Shown here piece after piece: positions 1 to 12,699 of a stretch of DNA of 64,000 bases (position 1 is the first letter of the stretch; each line of letters opens with the position of its first letter). The stretch covers positions 25,420,001 through 25,484,000 of the forward strand of contig OX597839.1 of NCBI GenBank assembly GCA_951406725.2, in the 5' to 3' direction. The translations under genes were made by a program, and so were the position numbers. A model generated the notes under the pieces. The model did no database searches. It saw only the letters and a program-made list of their open reading frames with translations, and was not told the origin of the DNA. This DNA comes from Octopus vulgaris. Taxonomy: Eukaryota.

Positions 1-1070
1 CCACCATTAAGCTGGCCTATAACCAAATGCTTTCCAGCCATGACAACCTCGTTTGTATTTATAGGCACAGGCATGGCTGTGTGGTAAGAAGCTCACTTCC
101 CAATCACATGGGTCCAGGTTCAGTCCTTGGGCAAGTGTCTTCTACTATAGCCTCAGGCTGACCAAAGCTTGATGGAAACTGAAAGAAGCCCATCATGTGT
201 GTGTGTGTGTATCTTTGTGCCTGTGTCTGTCCGCCACTACCACTTGACAGCAGGTGTTGGTGTGTTTATGTCCCTGTAACTTAAGAGCTCAGCAAAAGAT
301 ATATTAAAACAAAAAAAAACTATATATAAGTACCCATTACACTCTCAAAGTGGTTTGAATTAGGAAGGGCATCCAGCCTTAGAAAACATGCCAAATCAGA
401 CTGGAGTCTGGTGTGGCCTTCCAGTGTGCCAACCCAGTCAAACCTATTTCTTTACTACCCACAAGGGGCTACACACAGAGGGGACAAACAAGGACAGACA
501 CACGGATTAAGTCGATTATATCGACCCCAGTGCGTAACTGGTACTTATTTAATCGACAACGAAAGGATGAAAGGCAAAGTCGACCTCGGCAGAATTTGAA
601 CTCAGAACGCAGCGGCGGGCGAAATACCACAAATACCTCGCAGCCCAGTCAAACCGTCCAATCCATGCCAGCATGAACAACAGACATTAAATGATGATGA
701 TATATACGTGATGGGCTTCTTTCAGTTTCTGTCTACTGAATCCACTGACAAGGCTTTGCTCAGTCCAAATCTGTAGTAGAAGCCACTTGCCCAAGGTGCC
801 ATGCAGTGGGACTGAACCTGGAACCATGTGGTTGGGAAGCAAGCTTCTCACCATACAGACATGCCTTTAGGAAAACATTTAAAAGTCCTCAGCAGGCATG
901 GCTGTGTGGTAAGATGTTTGCTTTCCCAACCATGTGGTTCCGGGTTCAGTCCTACTGTGTGGCACCTTGGGCAAGTGTCTTCCACAATAGTCTTTGGGCT
1001 GACCAAAGCTTTGTGAGTGGATTTGGTAGACAGAAACTGAAAGAAGCCTGTCGTGTGTATGTATATATAT

Positions 1071-1370
1071 CACCGTGACCAACCAGGCTATCAGATGTTG
1101 CTACACATTGCTGGTCACAATGCGTTCGCATTGTTTTAGCCTTCGAATGATGCCACCGCGCTGGCTAAGCGAGCAGGCCAACAGAAGAAAGAGTGAGAGA
1201 AATTTGTGGCGAAAGAGTACAGCAGGGATCGTCACCAGCCCCTGCTGGAGCCTCGTGGAGCTTTAGGTGTTTTCGTTCAATAAACACTCACAATGCCCGG
1301 TCTGGGAATTGAAACCGTGATCCTACGACAGCGAGTCCGCTGCCCTAGACACTGGGCCATTGCACCTCCA
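1071..1370 (-). mobile_element. tRNA-derived SINE (distinct family) nested in a family-1 SINE
   Basis: Minus strand head TGGCCCAGTG...GGTTTCAATTCCC (A/B boxes); inserted into the (TA)n of the host SINE. Confidence 0.7.
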
Positions 1371-1741
1371 CATGTATGTATATATATATATATATATATA
1401 TTTGTGTCTGTGTTTTTCACTCCACCATCACTTGACAACTGATGTTGGTGTGTTTACATCCCTGTGACTTAGCGGTTTGGCAAAAGAGACTGGTAGAATG
1501 AATCCCAGGCTTACAAAGAATAAATCGATTTCTTCCACTAAAAGGTGGTGCTCCAGTATGGTCACAGTCAAAATGACCGAAACAAGTAAAAGTGAATTTA
1601 ATGTCCATTTTCCCTGCTGGCATGGGTTCGATGGTTTGACAGGATCTGATCAGTCCAAGGACCGTGCTCTATTCCGGGGTCTGCTTCGGAATGGTTTCTA
1701 TAGCTAGATGCCCTCCCTAATGTCACCCACTTTACAGAATG

Positions 1742-2500
1742 TCATCATCATCATTGTTTGACCATGGTCAAGACAATGGAATTTACCATGCTACGCCAGA
1801 CTTCACGGTCCATCATGGCATTACGGAGGTCCTGTTGCTGGATGCCTGTATCCCTGGAGATTACATCAGGGTAGGAGAGTGTGCGCCCTCTGGTATTGCG
1901 AGTAGATGGCTTCCAGAGGAGAAGAGTAGAAACTGCCTCGTTTTCAGCTCTACAACAATGTCCAGCAAACTGGACTCTTCTACCTTTCACAAGAGATGAC
2001 ACAGGTGGTAGTTTCCCATATATTTGCATTTTGGTTGGATGACCAAATTTACCATGCTACGCCAGACTTCACGGTCCATCATGGCATTACGGAGGTCCTG
2101 TTGCTGGATGCCTGTATCCCTGGAGATTACATCAGGGTAGAAGAGTGTGCGCCCTCTGGTATTGTGGGTAGATGGCTTCCAGAGGAGAAGAGTAAAAATT
2201 ACTTCTTTTTCAGCTCTACAACAATGTCCAGCAAACTGGACTCTCCTACCTTTCACAAAAGATGACACAGGTGGTAGTTTCCCATATATTTGCATTTTGG
2301 TTGGATGGCGCTTCCACGAGAGATTTTGAGCTCTCATAAGGAGGTGAGTGTAGGTTCCATCCAACCGCCTCTCAAGCTTCTTTGATAACGTCCAGGTTTC
2401 TGAGCCATATAGTAGAATTGTTTCGACTGTGGCTTTGAATATTTCAAGTTTGAAGTCTCTACTTAGATTTGATGACCAGATCTTATGCATGTCATGTACT
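1742..2500 (-). mobile_element. RTE-clade LINE 3' fragment with internal tandem duplication
   Basis: ETILLYGSETWTL...RRVQFAGHC...DLRNAMMDREVWRSMV; (GAT)n tail; ~266-bp duplicated segment; shorter copies at 4190-4372 (+) and 7652-7860 (-). Confidence 0.85.
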
Positions 2501-2595
2501 GGGTGCTTTTTTTGTTGTTGTTGTTTTTGTGGCATTGGCCCCAGTGAGGACCCTGTGCATTTAAAAATGAAAAAAGGAAAGAAACCAACACTCAC

Positions 2596-2697
2596 CTGGC
2601 TGCTATCTTTTACTGATACATCAGCCATGTTATTTCTACGAGCCTGATGTTGGGAGAGGGCGGCACGTGTGGAGGCCCCAGCAATACCAACAATTGA
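2596..2697 (-). CDS. RUSF1: RUSF1 homolog coding exon 7 (gene continues beyond the left edge)
   Basis: ttccag acceptor, SIVGIAGASTRAALSQHQARRNNMADVSVKDSSQ (highly conserved RUS1 motif), gtgagt donor, 102 bp. Confidence 0.95.
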
Positions 2698-2774
2698 CTG
2701 GAAAAAGAAAGAGAACAACAACAACAAAAATAAGATACAAAAAACAAACAAATAATGATTTCTAACATAAATAT

Positions 2775-3587
2775 ATTCTTTTACTCTTTTACTTGTTTCA
2801 GTCATTTGACTGCGGCCATGCTGGAGCACCACATTTAATCGAGCAACTCGATCCCGGGACTTATTCTTTTGTAAGCCCAGTACTTATTCTATCGGTCTCT
2901 TTTGCCGAACCACTAAGTGACGGGGATGTAAACACACCAGCATCGGTTGTCAAGCAATGCTAGGGGGACAAACACAGACACACAAACACATACACGCATA
3001 TATATATACATACATATATACGACGGGCTTCTTTCAGTTTCCGTCTACCAAATCCACTCACAAGGCTTTGGTCGGCCCGAGGCTATAGTAGAAGACACTT
3101 GCCCAAGGTGCCACGCAGTGGGACTGAACCCGGAACCATGTGGTTGGTAAGCAAGCTACTTACCACACAGCCACTCCTGCGCCTACATAAATATATTCTT
3201 TTATTGTTTTACTTGTTTCAGTCATTTGACTGTGGCCATGCTGGAGCACTGCCTTTAGTCAAACAGATCGACCCCAGGACTTATTCTTTGTAAACCTAGT
3301 ATTTATTCTATCGGTCTCATTTGCCAAGCTGCTAAGTTGCGGGGACATAAACACATCAGCATCAGTTGTCAAGCGATGTTGGGGGGACAAACACAGACAC
3401 ACAAATACATACATACATATATATATATACGACGGGCTTCTTTGAATTTCCATCTACCAGACCCACTCACAAGGCTTTGGTCGGCCCGAGACTATAGCAA
3501 AAGAAACTTGCCCAAGGTGCCACGCAGTGGGTCTGAACCCGGAACTATGTGGTTGGGAAGCAGGCTTCTTACCACACAGACATGCCT
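2775..3587 (-). mobile_element. Two tandem family-1 SINEs
   Basis: Reverse-complement matches to the family-1 consensus. Confidence 0.85.
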
Positions 3588-4668
3588 GTGTCTATATCAT
3601 CATCATCATCATCATCATTTAGCGTCCGCTTTCCATGCTGGCATGGGTTGGACGGTGCAACTGGGGTCTGGGAAGCCAAAAGGCTGCACCAGGCTCCAGT
3701 CTGATCTGGCAATGTTTCTACGGCTGGATGCCCTTCCTAATGCCAACCACTCCGTGAGTGTAGTGGGTGCTTTTTACGTGCCACCGGCACTCGTATCACA
3801 GCTATAATTTCCATTGATGTTGATCAGTGCCTATATATATAATAATAATAATAATAATAAATATTTTGGACTAATAGGTATAAGTCAGTTAGTGTGTTTA
3901 AAATGCTGAGTAGAGCACTGGTACAGTTTAGGCTCCCTGTTGTCATCTGCAGTCATGGTACACTTCCGTTGAATTGACTTCAGGGACTCTGAAGTGGCAG
4001 TTAGGGTAATGGTATTAAGTAACAGGAAGGCGGCGAGCGGGCAGAAATGTTAGGATGCTGGGTTCAAATTCCGCCGAGGTTGACTTTGCCGTTCATCCTT
4101 TTGGGGTCGATTAAATAAGTACCAGTTACACACTGGAGTCGATGTAATCGACTTAATCCATTTGTCTGTCCTTGTTTGTCCTCTGGAATCCTCTTCTCCT
4201 CTGGAAGCCATCTACTCGCAATACCAGAGGGCGCACACTCTCCTACCCTGATGTAATCTCCAGGGATACAGGCATCCAGCAACAGGACCTCCGTAATGCC
4301 ATGATGGACCGTGAAGTCTGGCGTAGCATGGTAAATTCCATTGTCTCGACCACGGTCGAACAATGATGATGATTAGCCCCTTCATCATCATTATCATCAT
4401 TTAACATCCGTTCTCCATGCTAGCATGGGTTGGACAGTTCGACCAGGGATCTGGGAAGCCAGAAGGCTGCACCAGGCTCCAGTCTTATCTGGCAATGTTT
4501 CTACAGCTGGATGCCCTTCCTAACACCAACCACTCCGTGAGTGTAGTGGGTGCTTTTTACGTGCCACCCGCACAGGTGCCAGGCAAGGCTGGCAACGGCC
4601 ACGGTCGGATTGGTGCTTTTTACGTGCCACCGGCACAGAAGCCAGTCGAGGCAGCGCTAAGAAATAGG

Positions 4669-4988
4669 CATTAAGTAACAGGAAAGGGATTTTGCATTAG
4701 ACCTTCATTAGGTACAACATGTTTCAACCCATCAGTTTGGGTCTCTTCAGGTGCATCTCAGTACAGATATGTCTCGGTATAGATTTTTAGTATTGGCTGA
4801 TTTATTTGCTTTTATTCATTCCCGAACTTGATGGACATGTAACAACAAGTCAGCCAATACTAAAAATCTAGACTGACACATATCTTTATCGATGTACCTG
4901 ATGAGACCCAGATTGATGGCTCGAAACATGTTGCATCCATGTATCTAATAATGATTTAATACCGAAACCATCTCCTGTTAATTAATGT
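4669..4988. repeat. Fold-back palindrome with hammerhead-like cores (Penelope-like remnant)
   Basis: Imperfect arms ~4669-4805 / 4846-4988; CTGA(A/T)GA-stem-GAAA-CATG in each arm. Confidence 0.65.
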
Positions 4989-5727
4989 TGTGTGTGTGTG
5001 TGTGTGTTAGGTCACACACACACTATATCCTTCAAAACTTCCATGCTTCCTGAGATTCGCCAACACTACACCTGATTTTCTCCCCTCCATACACACACAA
5101 GCATGTATCTGACTCATACATTGTTCACTTTCCAGACATTTCTACATTACTGCATGTATTTTATATGCACTTTCTGACAAGTTGTGGTGCACCTGAGCAC
5201 TGTATACAATAATATCATTATTATTATTGTGAAGTCTCTCATGAGTGCTACTGGTAACCTGGACTCCAGTACAATGTGTTGCATTGTTGAGTTGTCAGTG
5301 ATTAAACTGGTAACCTCACTAGGCTTGCCTGGTGAGAGGGGTTGCTAGAAACCCAGTTGGATTAAAAACAGGACTTGTCAAAAGGATGGATGAAACTAGT
5401 GTAGGCTTAATGACTATTTAGCCATAGTATGGGCCCTCGTAAATTCCAGGTTGGTGTCCAGCAGGCTGCATGACCACTGGGAATGAGGTACCCCTTAGCT
5501 TTTCTTAAAACGCGTCTTTAGGACAGTGTTTCTCAACCAGGGTTCCCTGGAACCCTAAGGTTCTGTAAGAGGTTCCTAGGGATTCTGCTAGAAACAGTGA
5601 GATAAGCTAATGCTAATTTCATGATCATAATATTACTATACAAGCACACATATTGTTGGTTATTGTAATATTGTTATAGACATCAGCTTCACTATCAAAA
5701 AGAAAAATTATTATAATTACACATTAT

Positions 5728-6079
5728 AGGTGCAGGAGTGACTGTGTAGTAAGTAGCTTGCTTACTAACCAGATGGTTCTGGGTTCAGTCCCACTGCGTG
5801 GCACCTTGGGCAAGTGTCTTCTACCATAGCCTCGGGCTGACCAAAGCCTTGTGAGTGGATTTGATATACGGAAACTGAAAGAAGCTCATCGTATATGTGT
5901 GTGTGTATATGTTTGTGTGTCTGTGTTTGTCCCCCTAGCATTGCTTGACAACTGATGCTGGTGTGTTTATGTCCCCGTCACTTAGCGGTTCGGCAAGAGA
6001 GACCAATAGAATAAGTACTGGGCTTACAAAAGAATTAGTCCCGGGGTCGAGTTGCTCAATTAAAGGCGGTGCTCCAGCA
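5728..6079 (+). mobile_element. Family-1 SINE
   Basis: Match to the family-1 consensus. Confidence 0.85.
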
Positions 6080-6188
6080 ATATTGGACATTGAAAATGAT
6101 GGTGGTGATGATGGTTGTGGTAGTGATGACGATGATGATGATGACAGGTAACAGAGATATCACTCAGGTAAGAAATATATTAACTCAC

Positions 6189-6297
6189 CCGACACAGACT
6201 GGATAGACACACCATAAAAATAAATAACTGGGCTGGGATCAGGGATGCCAAAATGTCCAGGAATATAGCAACATCGTTTAAGATATCCGCCAGCAAT
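6189..6297 (-). CDS. RUSF1: RUSF1 homolog coding exon 6
   Basis: ttctag acceptor, LLADILNDVAIFLDILASLIPAQLFIFMVCLSSLCR, gtgagt donor, 109 bp. Confidence 0.93.
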
Positions 6298-8142
6298 CTA
6301 GAAATGAAAAAAAAATATGATAATAGAGAGATTTTGATTTCTATAATTTGTAAGTGTGGGCATGGCTGGCTGTGTGGTTAAGAAGTTTGCTTCCCAACCA
6401 TATGGTTTCAGGTTCAATCCCAATGTGTAGCATCTTGGGCACATGTCTTATAGTATAGCCCAGGGCCACCCAAAGCCTTGTGGGTGAAATGAATTTAGGA
6501 GGCAGAAACTGCTAGAAGTCTATCATCGTATGTGTGTGTGTGTGTGTTTGTATTATCCAGTCAAAACTTGGAATTGAAGATGGTTTGCATCTAAATTAAC
6601 ATACAACTCCACATCACAGAATGCAAAGAAGGTCAACATAAAACTTTAAACAGTTAATGAGACTCACATACAGCGCTTTAAGTTTCTTTGTCAACAAAGC
6701 AGTGATTGCTGCACTTCTTCAGCTGCCACAAGTCTAGTGCTCTTAGCACCATCAAAAAAAGACATAGATATATAAAAATATGTATGTGTGTGTGTGTGTA
6801 TGTTTCTGCTTGTGTGTGCATGTGTACACACACACACGTGTGTGTGTATGTTTGTGTATATACGTATATCCGTAAGTGCATGTGAGTGTATGTTCATGTC
6901 TCCGTGTTTTGACTTTTGCACACTGCTCTCTTTACATTGAGGAACCAGATGTAAACCAGTCTGTAACTGTGAGAGAAACAGCTGTAGTCATTTAGCGATG
7001 TGCTGTCCTTGAGAGGACCCATTATGCCAAGTGCACCCTTTCGAGTGTTGGGTCTCATGGAGGCAAAGTGGCTGAGTTCCTTTTGAGTGTTGGGTCTCAC
7101 GAAGGCAATGACCAAGACCTTTGGCATTATGTTGTGCTGCAGAAGAAGACCCATTAAGCCGAGAAAAAATTGCAGTCGTGGCAGATACCAGTGTCACACA
7201 AATTTAGACTTGTGCTATTGAGACGTAAAAGCACCCCAGTGTCGTGCAAACTGGCACATAAACACACCCTGGTGTCACGCAAATGGCACATAAAAGCACC
7301 CAGCACACTCTGTAAAGTGGTTGGCATTAGGAAGGGCATCCAGTCGTAGAACACCATGCCAAATCAGACTGGGGTCTGGTGCAGCCTTCCAGCATGCCAG
7401 CCCTGGTCAACCTGTCCAACCCATGCCAGCATGGACAACGGATGTTAAATGGTGAAGATGTATGGGGTCATGTGCTGTAACAGTGTGTCAGTACATCCCC
7501 CATCTGTTGGAGATTTCCTACTATTCTTGGCATATGATATCTTTGGACCATTCAGGCAACAAACCTCCAACCCTTGGGTAGTTGTTGCTGGTGAGGATTT
7601 TACAAGGTCAGAATTCTAGTGATTGTGGTGGTGTGGGGCATGCACCGTTACATCATCATCATCATTGTTCGACCGTGGTTGAGACAATGGAATTTACCAT
7701 GCTACACCAGACTTCATGGTCCATCATAGCATTACGGAGGTCCTGTTGCTGGATGCCTGTATCCCTGGAGATTACATCAGGGTAGGAGAGTGTGCGCCCT
7801 CTGGTATTGCGAGTAGATGGCTTCCAGAGGAGAAGAGTAGAAATTGCCTCTTTTTCAGCACTGTTACAGTGTGTCACTGCATTCACCATTTCTTAGTGAT
7901 TCCCAATTCCAAGCAGATAACACCTTTGCACCCACTCGGGCAACAAACCTCCGACCTATGGGTGTATTTGGGTAGCCGTTGCTGACGAGGGTTTTATGAG
8001 GTTGGGGTGCAAATCCTACCTCAACCTCTTTTAGCCATCTTTTATGACATACAGAGGAAGCGTTGGATCTAATTCTTTGACGTGTTGGCCCCCACACAGA
8101 ATGGTTAAAGCTAATTAAGGAATAAACTGTGCAAGAGCTCAC

Positions 8143-8175
8143 CTGTATCTCTTGGCATTACAATCAAGGTTGGTG
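8143..8175 (-). CDS. RUSF1: RUSF1 homolog coding exon 5
   Basis: ttgtag acceptor, (G)TNLDCNAKRY(R), gtgagc donor, 33 bp; matches SKLDCNAKQWR. Confidence 0.92.
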
Positions 8176-8236
8176 CTACAAAGACAAAATAAAGTCGTTA
8201 GAAATGGCTCATTAATTAAATGATGGAAAACACAGA

Positions 8237-9144
8237 AAATATAACATGTCTTCAATGGCACAACAAAGCAGAGTGGACTATAATAACTGTTAGAAATTAA
8301 TTATTCATAGTCTGATATAATAATAATATTTTGGAATACAACAAAATTCCTTCTTCAGATCATCATCATCATCATCATCATCATTTAACGTCTGCTTTCC
8401 ATGCTAGCATGGGTTGGACGGTTCAACTGGGGTCTGGGAAGCCAGGAAGCTGCACCAGGCTCCAGTCTGATCTGGCAGTGTTTCTACAGCTGGATGCCCT
8501 TCCTAACGCCAACCACTCCGTGAGTGTAGTGGGTGCTTTTTACGTGCCAGACGAGGCTGGCAAACGGCCACGATCAGATGGTGCTTTTTACGTGCCACCG
8601 GCACGCGGACAAGACGAAGCTGGCAATGGCCACGGTCGGATGGTGCTTTTTACGTGCCACAGGCACGGAGGCCAGTCGGCTGGCGCTGGCTACAGCCACG
8701 TTCGGATGGTTCTCTTATGTACCACCGGCACTGGTATCACAGCTACAAATTCCATTGATGTTGATAGATTACGATTTTGATTTTCACTTGCCTCAACAGG
8801 TCTTCACAAGTGGAGTTTTGTGTCCCAAGAAGGAAAGGAATGCATAAGTGGGCTGGCTACATCCCAGGTGTAGGCCACGGGATTATGGCCTCACTTGTCC
8901 TGCCGGGTCTTCTCACGCACAGCATACTTCCATAGGTCTCAGTCTCTAGTCATTTCCTCGGTGGGACCTAAAGTTCAAAGGTCAGATATCTCTAGGAATT
9001 GATAGATCAATTCCTAGCAATATCTGAAGAAGGAATTTTTATATTACGAAATATTATTATTATATCAGACTATGAATAATTAATTTCTAACAGTTATTAT
9101 AGTCCACTCTGCTTTGTTGTGCCATTGAAGACATGTTATATTTC
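8237..9144. repeat. Fold-back palindrome split by an RTE insertion
   Basis: 8237-8360 is the reverse complement of 9022-9144; hairpin apex at 8984-9025. Confidence 0.85.
8361..8981 (-). mobile_element. 5'-truncated RTE LINE copy (ORF end + 3'UTR)
   Basis: Begins with the decayed ORF end (LGPTEEMTRD..DLWKYAV) and ends in (GAT)n; TCAGAT on both flanks; other 3'UTR copies at ~3598-3825, 4383-4657, 7000-7460, 22470-22935, 42886-43150, 44633-44985, 58120-58365. Confidence 0.8.
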
Positions 9145-10252
9145 ACAAACAATCCACAATGCTTCAAGTGAACTACAATACTCTCCAGAAAAGACAATTT
9201 TAAAAACACAAAAAATAGAAGTAGCTGTGTAGTTAAGAAGCTTGCTTCCCAACTACTTGGTTTTGGGTTCAGTACCACTGAATGGCACCCTGGTTTTCTT
9301 TTTTTTTCTTTTCTTTTTACCTACCCCTATCTCATCTCTAACCACCTCTCGTTTCCCCATACACCTTTGCAACCTCTATCCACTCAGCCTTCCTGTTCTT
9401 CAGTCCCCAGGGCCCAGTTTAACACTCCATCACCACCATCTTTATTTCTCTTACCAACTCTACCCTGATTACTTCCACCCTCTTTAATATCATGTGAGCA
9501 TGATATATGTACCTGTCATGGTCTCATCTATGGGTTAAGTCGATTTCCCAAGAGTAGAGGAAGGCTCCCATTGTTTTTGACAAAGCCATGGGGGAGGCAG
9601 TTCTTCTGAGAGAAAGATACTCTGGCATTTAACTTTCAGTCAAAATAGTAGCAGCAATGTTTATCTCTGGAACCTTCTACAGTGACCAAGAGAGTGGCAA
9701 AAAGTGTTGTACAAGCCTTTGTCACATCCAATAATGTACAGATATCTCACTAAGAATGTGAGATGACCATCATGTGACAAGATGAGGCAGTCACCATCAT
9801 CATCACAAGAGAATTTGTCTCCAACCAAACTAAACAGCCCTTCCCACTTCTTCTAATCTCCATCACCTTAACTGACCCTTTTTACTGCTTATATAAGAAA
9901 ATATTTACTGTATTTTCAAGCAGGCCTAAATCTGCGAGGAAAAAAACTGCAGCTAACCTGGGATCCCCAAGCTGAATGTCACACATTTTCATGTATAGGA
10001 ACCATGAAAATTTGGACTGATGGCCTTTGGTAGGCTAAGTAACAATACTTAGCTTAACACTACCAAATGCCACCACTGACCCCTACAGTCACTGGTAATA
10101 ATATCACTAGCCATGTCTACCCAAAGCCTGACCTTCAGTATATAAGGCACAAGGGAACTTTTGGGGAGACTTTTTAGGAAAAGACGTGTCCCTTATGTGC
10201 CGGAAAATATTCATCATAGGAAATCTCTCATACAAAATGTTAAACCACTTAC

Positions 10253-10298
10253 CCTTGGACCCAGGCAAAAATGATTTGTCCCATCATTCCGGTGCAGT
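10253..10298 (-). CDS. RUSF1: RUSF1 homolog coding exon 4
   Basis: cttcag acceptor, (D)CTGMMGQIIFAWVQ(G), gtaagt donor, 46 bp; matches DSTGMLGRIVFAWWKG. Confidence 0.92.
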
Positions 10299-10594
10299 CT
10301 GAAGATTCAAAGAAAATAATGAAAACACTGTTAACTTATTTCATTAATTCTTGTCATAATTATTAGAGTAATGACAAAATAGGTAAGGCATTATTTTGAT
10401 GAAATGGTAAGGGTGTTAAAATTAAGGGAGTCTTTGACTGAGAAGCACAGCCTCATTCCTTCTGTGAGATAACAAATTTAAATGAAGAGATTCTGACTGG
10501 GTGAGAGGAGCTGATAGAGTAATGTGTGTATGTGTTTCTGTGTATACATGTGTGTGTGTGTGTTTACATGTAATTGTGTATGTGTCTGTCAGTG

Positions 10595-11470
10595 TTTATC
10601 TGGAAGCCGTTCAGCGATGTGCAACCAAAAGAATACCCTCCATCAGGCATTTGCCATATTATGAATGCCTTACTTCCCTGGGCATGGACACATTGAAACT
10701 CCAACGTCTGGCAGACATCTATAAAATTATTAACCATTTTACAAACAATAACTCTGAGCACCTTTTCAAACTCCACCCGTCTAACACCCATGGACATGTT
10801 TACAAAGTCAGCAAACAGCACAGCTCCCATGACTTTAGGAAACATTTTTTCACGCTGAGAGTTGCTGAAGCATGGAACAAACTGCCGGCATCAGTTGTTG
10901 GTTGTCGGAGCACTGCATCCTTCAAAACTTCCATGCTTCCTGAGTCCATCTGTCTAACACCCGTGGACATGTTTACAAAGTCAGCAAACAGCACAGCTCC
11001 CATGACTTTAGGAAACATTTTTTCACGCTGAGAGTTGCTGAAGCATGGAACAAACTGCCGGCATCAGTTGTTGGTTGTCGGAGCACTGCATCCTTCAAAA
11101 CTTCCATGCTTCCTGAGTCCATCTGTCTAACACCCATGGACATGTTTACAAAGTCAGCAAACAGCACAGCTCCCATGACTTTCGGAAACATTTTTTCACT
11201 CTAAGAGTTGCTGAAGCATGGAACAAACTGCCAGCATCAGTTGTTAGTTGTCGGAGCACTGCATCCTTCAAAACTTCCATGCTTCCTGAGATTCGCCAAC
11301 ACTACACCTGATTTTCTCCCCTCCATACACACACAAGCATGTACCTGACTCATGCATTGTTCGCTTTCCAGACATTTCTACATTACTGCATGTACTCTAT
11401 ACGCACTTTCTGACAAGCTGTGGTGCACCTGAGCACTGTATACAATAATTTCATTATTATTATTATTATA
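10595..11470 (+). mobile_element. CR1/L2-group LINE 3' end with a triplicated 173-bp segment
   Basis: LEAVQRCATKRIP...HGHVYK...FFTLRVAEAWNKLP; (ATT)n tail; other 3' ends at ~5028-5228, 35830-36210 (-), 36636-37066, 37910-38045, 59301-59527. Confidence 0.85.
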
Positions 11471-12134
11471 TTATAGAAGACAGAGGTGAGGTCAGAAACT
11501 TGTAAAAATTCCTCTGTGTGTGAGTACATATTTATAAATGTGCATGGGTTTTGGCAGGGTTTTTAAGCTGGATGCCCTTCCTAATGCCAACCACTTTACT
11601 GAGTGGACTGGATGCTTCTAGGTATAAAAAGACAGGATGGTCATGGATGGCATTCCTTTAATCAAAATTATGCTGATTCTGGGACTAGACAAGTACAAAA
11701 GTCAAAGAATACAATCAGTCAAGGATGACTAATCATTCATATTGTTTAGTCCAATCAGTCAATGCTGGTATTTGACCAGCTGAGTCGATTAAAACCCTGA
11801 TTATAATTAGAAGAGGAAAATATTGGTTTCGAATTTTGGCACAAGGCCAGCAAGCTCAGAAGAAAGGGTAAGTTGATTAGATCGACCACAGTGCTCAAAA
11901 TAGTAATTATTTTATCAACCCCAAAAGGTTGACCCCCCCACAAAAAAAGTTGAAAGGCAAAGTTGACTTCACTGAAATTTGAGCTCAGAATGTAAAAATG
12001 GATGAAACGCCGCTAAGCAGTTTGCCCCCCGTCCAGCTTGCTGCCTCAGAAGAGGTAAATATTAATTAGACATGAAAATAATAAAACAAATGGTAATTAT
12101 TCAAAAGGAGAAGCTTTAGAATAAAAAATCCGAC

Positions 12135-12249
12135 CTTTAAGTAGCCAAGTTAATGTTGCTCCCAAGACTGTCGCCTGCTCATTGCCAACACCGATTCCTT
12201 TTAGAACTGATTGTGTGGCCAATGTTCCTGTGATGCTGCTGGCAAAAGC
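12135..12249 (-). CDS. RUSF1: RUSF1 homolog coding exon 3
   Basis: ctccag acceptor, AFASSITGTLATQSVLKGIGVGNEQATVLGATLTWLLK, gt donor, 115 bp, phases consistent. Confidence 0.95.
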
Positions 12250-12699
12250 CTGGAGAAATTGTTTAAAAAGAAGAAAAAAAAACAATATAAAACAATTATA
12301 AAGAATACAAGTCTTCATGTAAAAATGTTAAAACGCTTTTAAAATTAATCACATTTGTTCAGAATGGTAAACCAAAAGAATTCTTAGAATTTAGTTGAGT
12401 TTGTTTCAGTTTAAAATACCCTCTGCATTCCATGATTTCAGCATACCCTGCCTCAGGTGATAACATGCTATTTCATCCATTACTGGGACCCTGGGAACAA
12501 TAGGGGCTAATAGAGGGTTTCCCTCTCCTCAAAACCATGGAACTCCCATAAGGGTTCCACTACTGGATGCAGTTTTAAGTCATTCACAGGATTAACATAA
12601 TATGGAATTCTAAGTTCTTTAATCTAAAGTAATCAGGACAATGGTTCTACGGACAAAACAACAGTGTTTCAGGCATAAACCTATTTCTCTCAAAACTAT

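Noticed and set aside
1987-2832. 281-aa ORF as a RUSF1-RT fusion protein
   Set aside because: Chance read-through of SINE, intron, RUSF1 exon 7 and a LINE fragment; the exon has its own GT-AG boundaries
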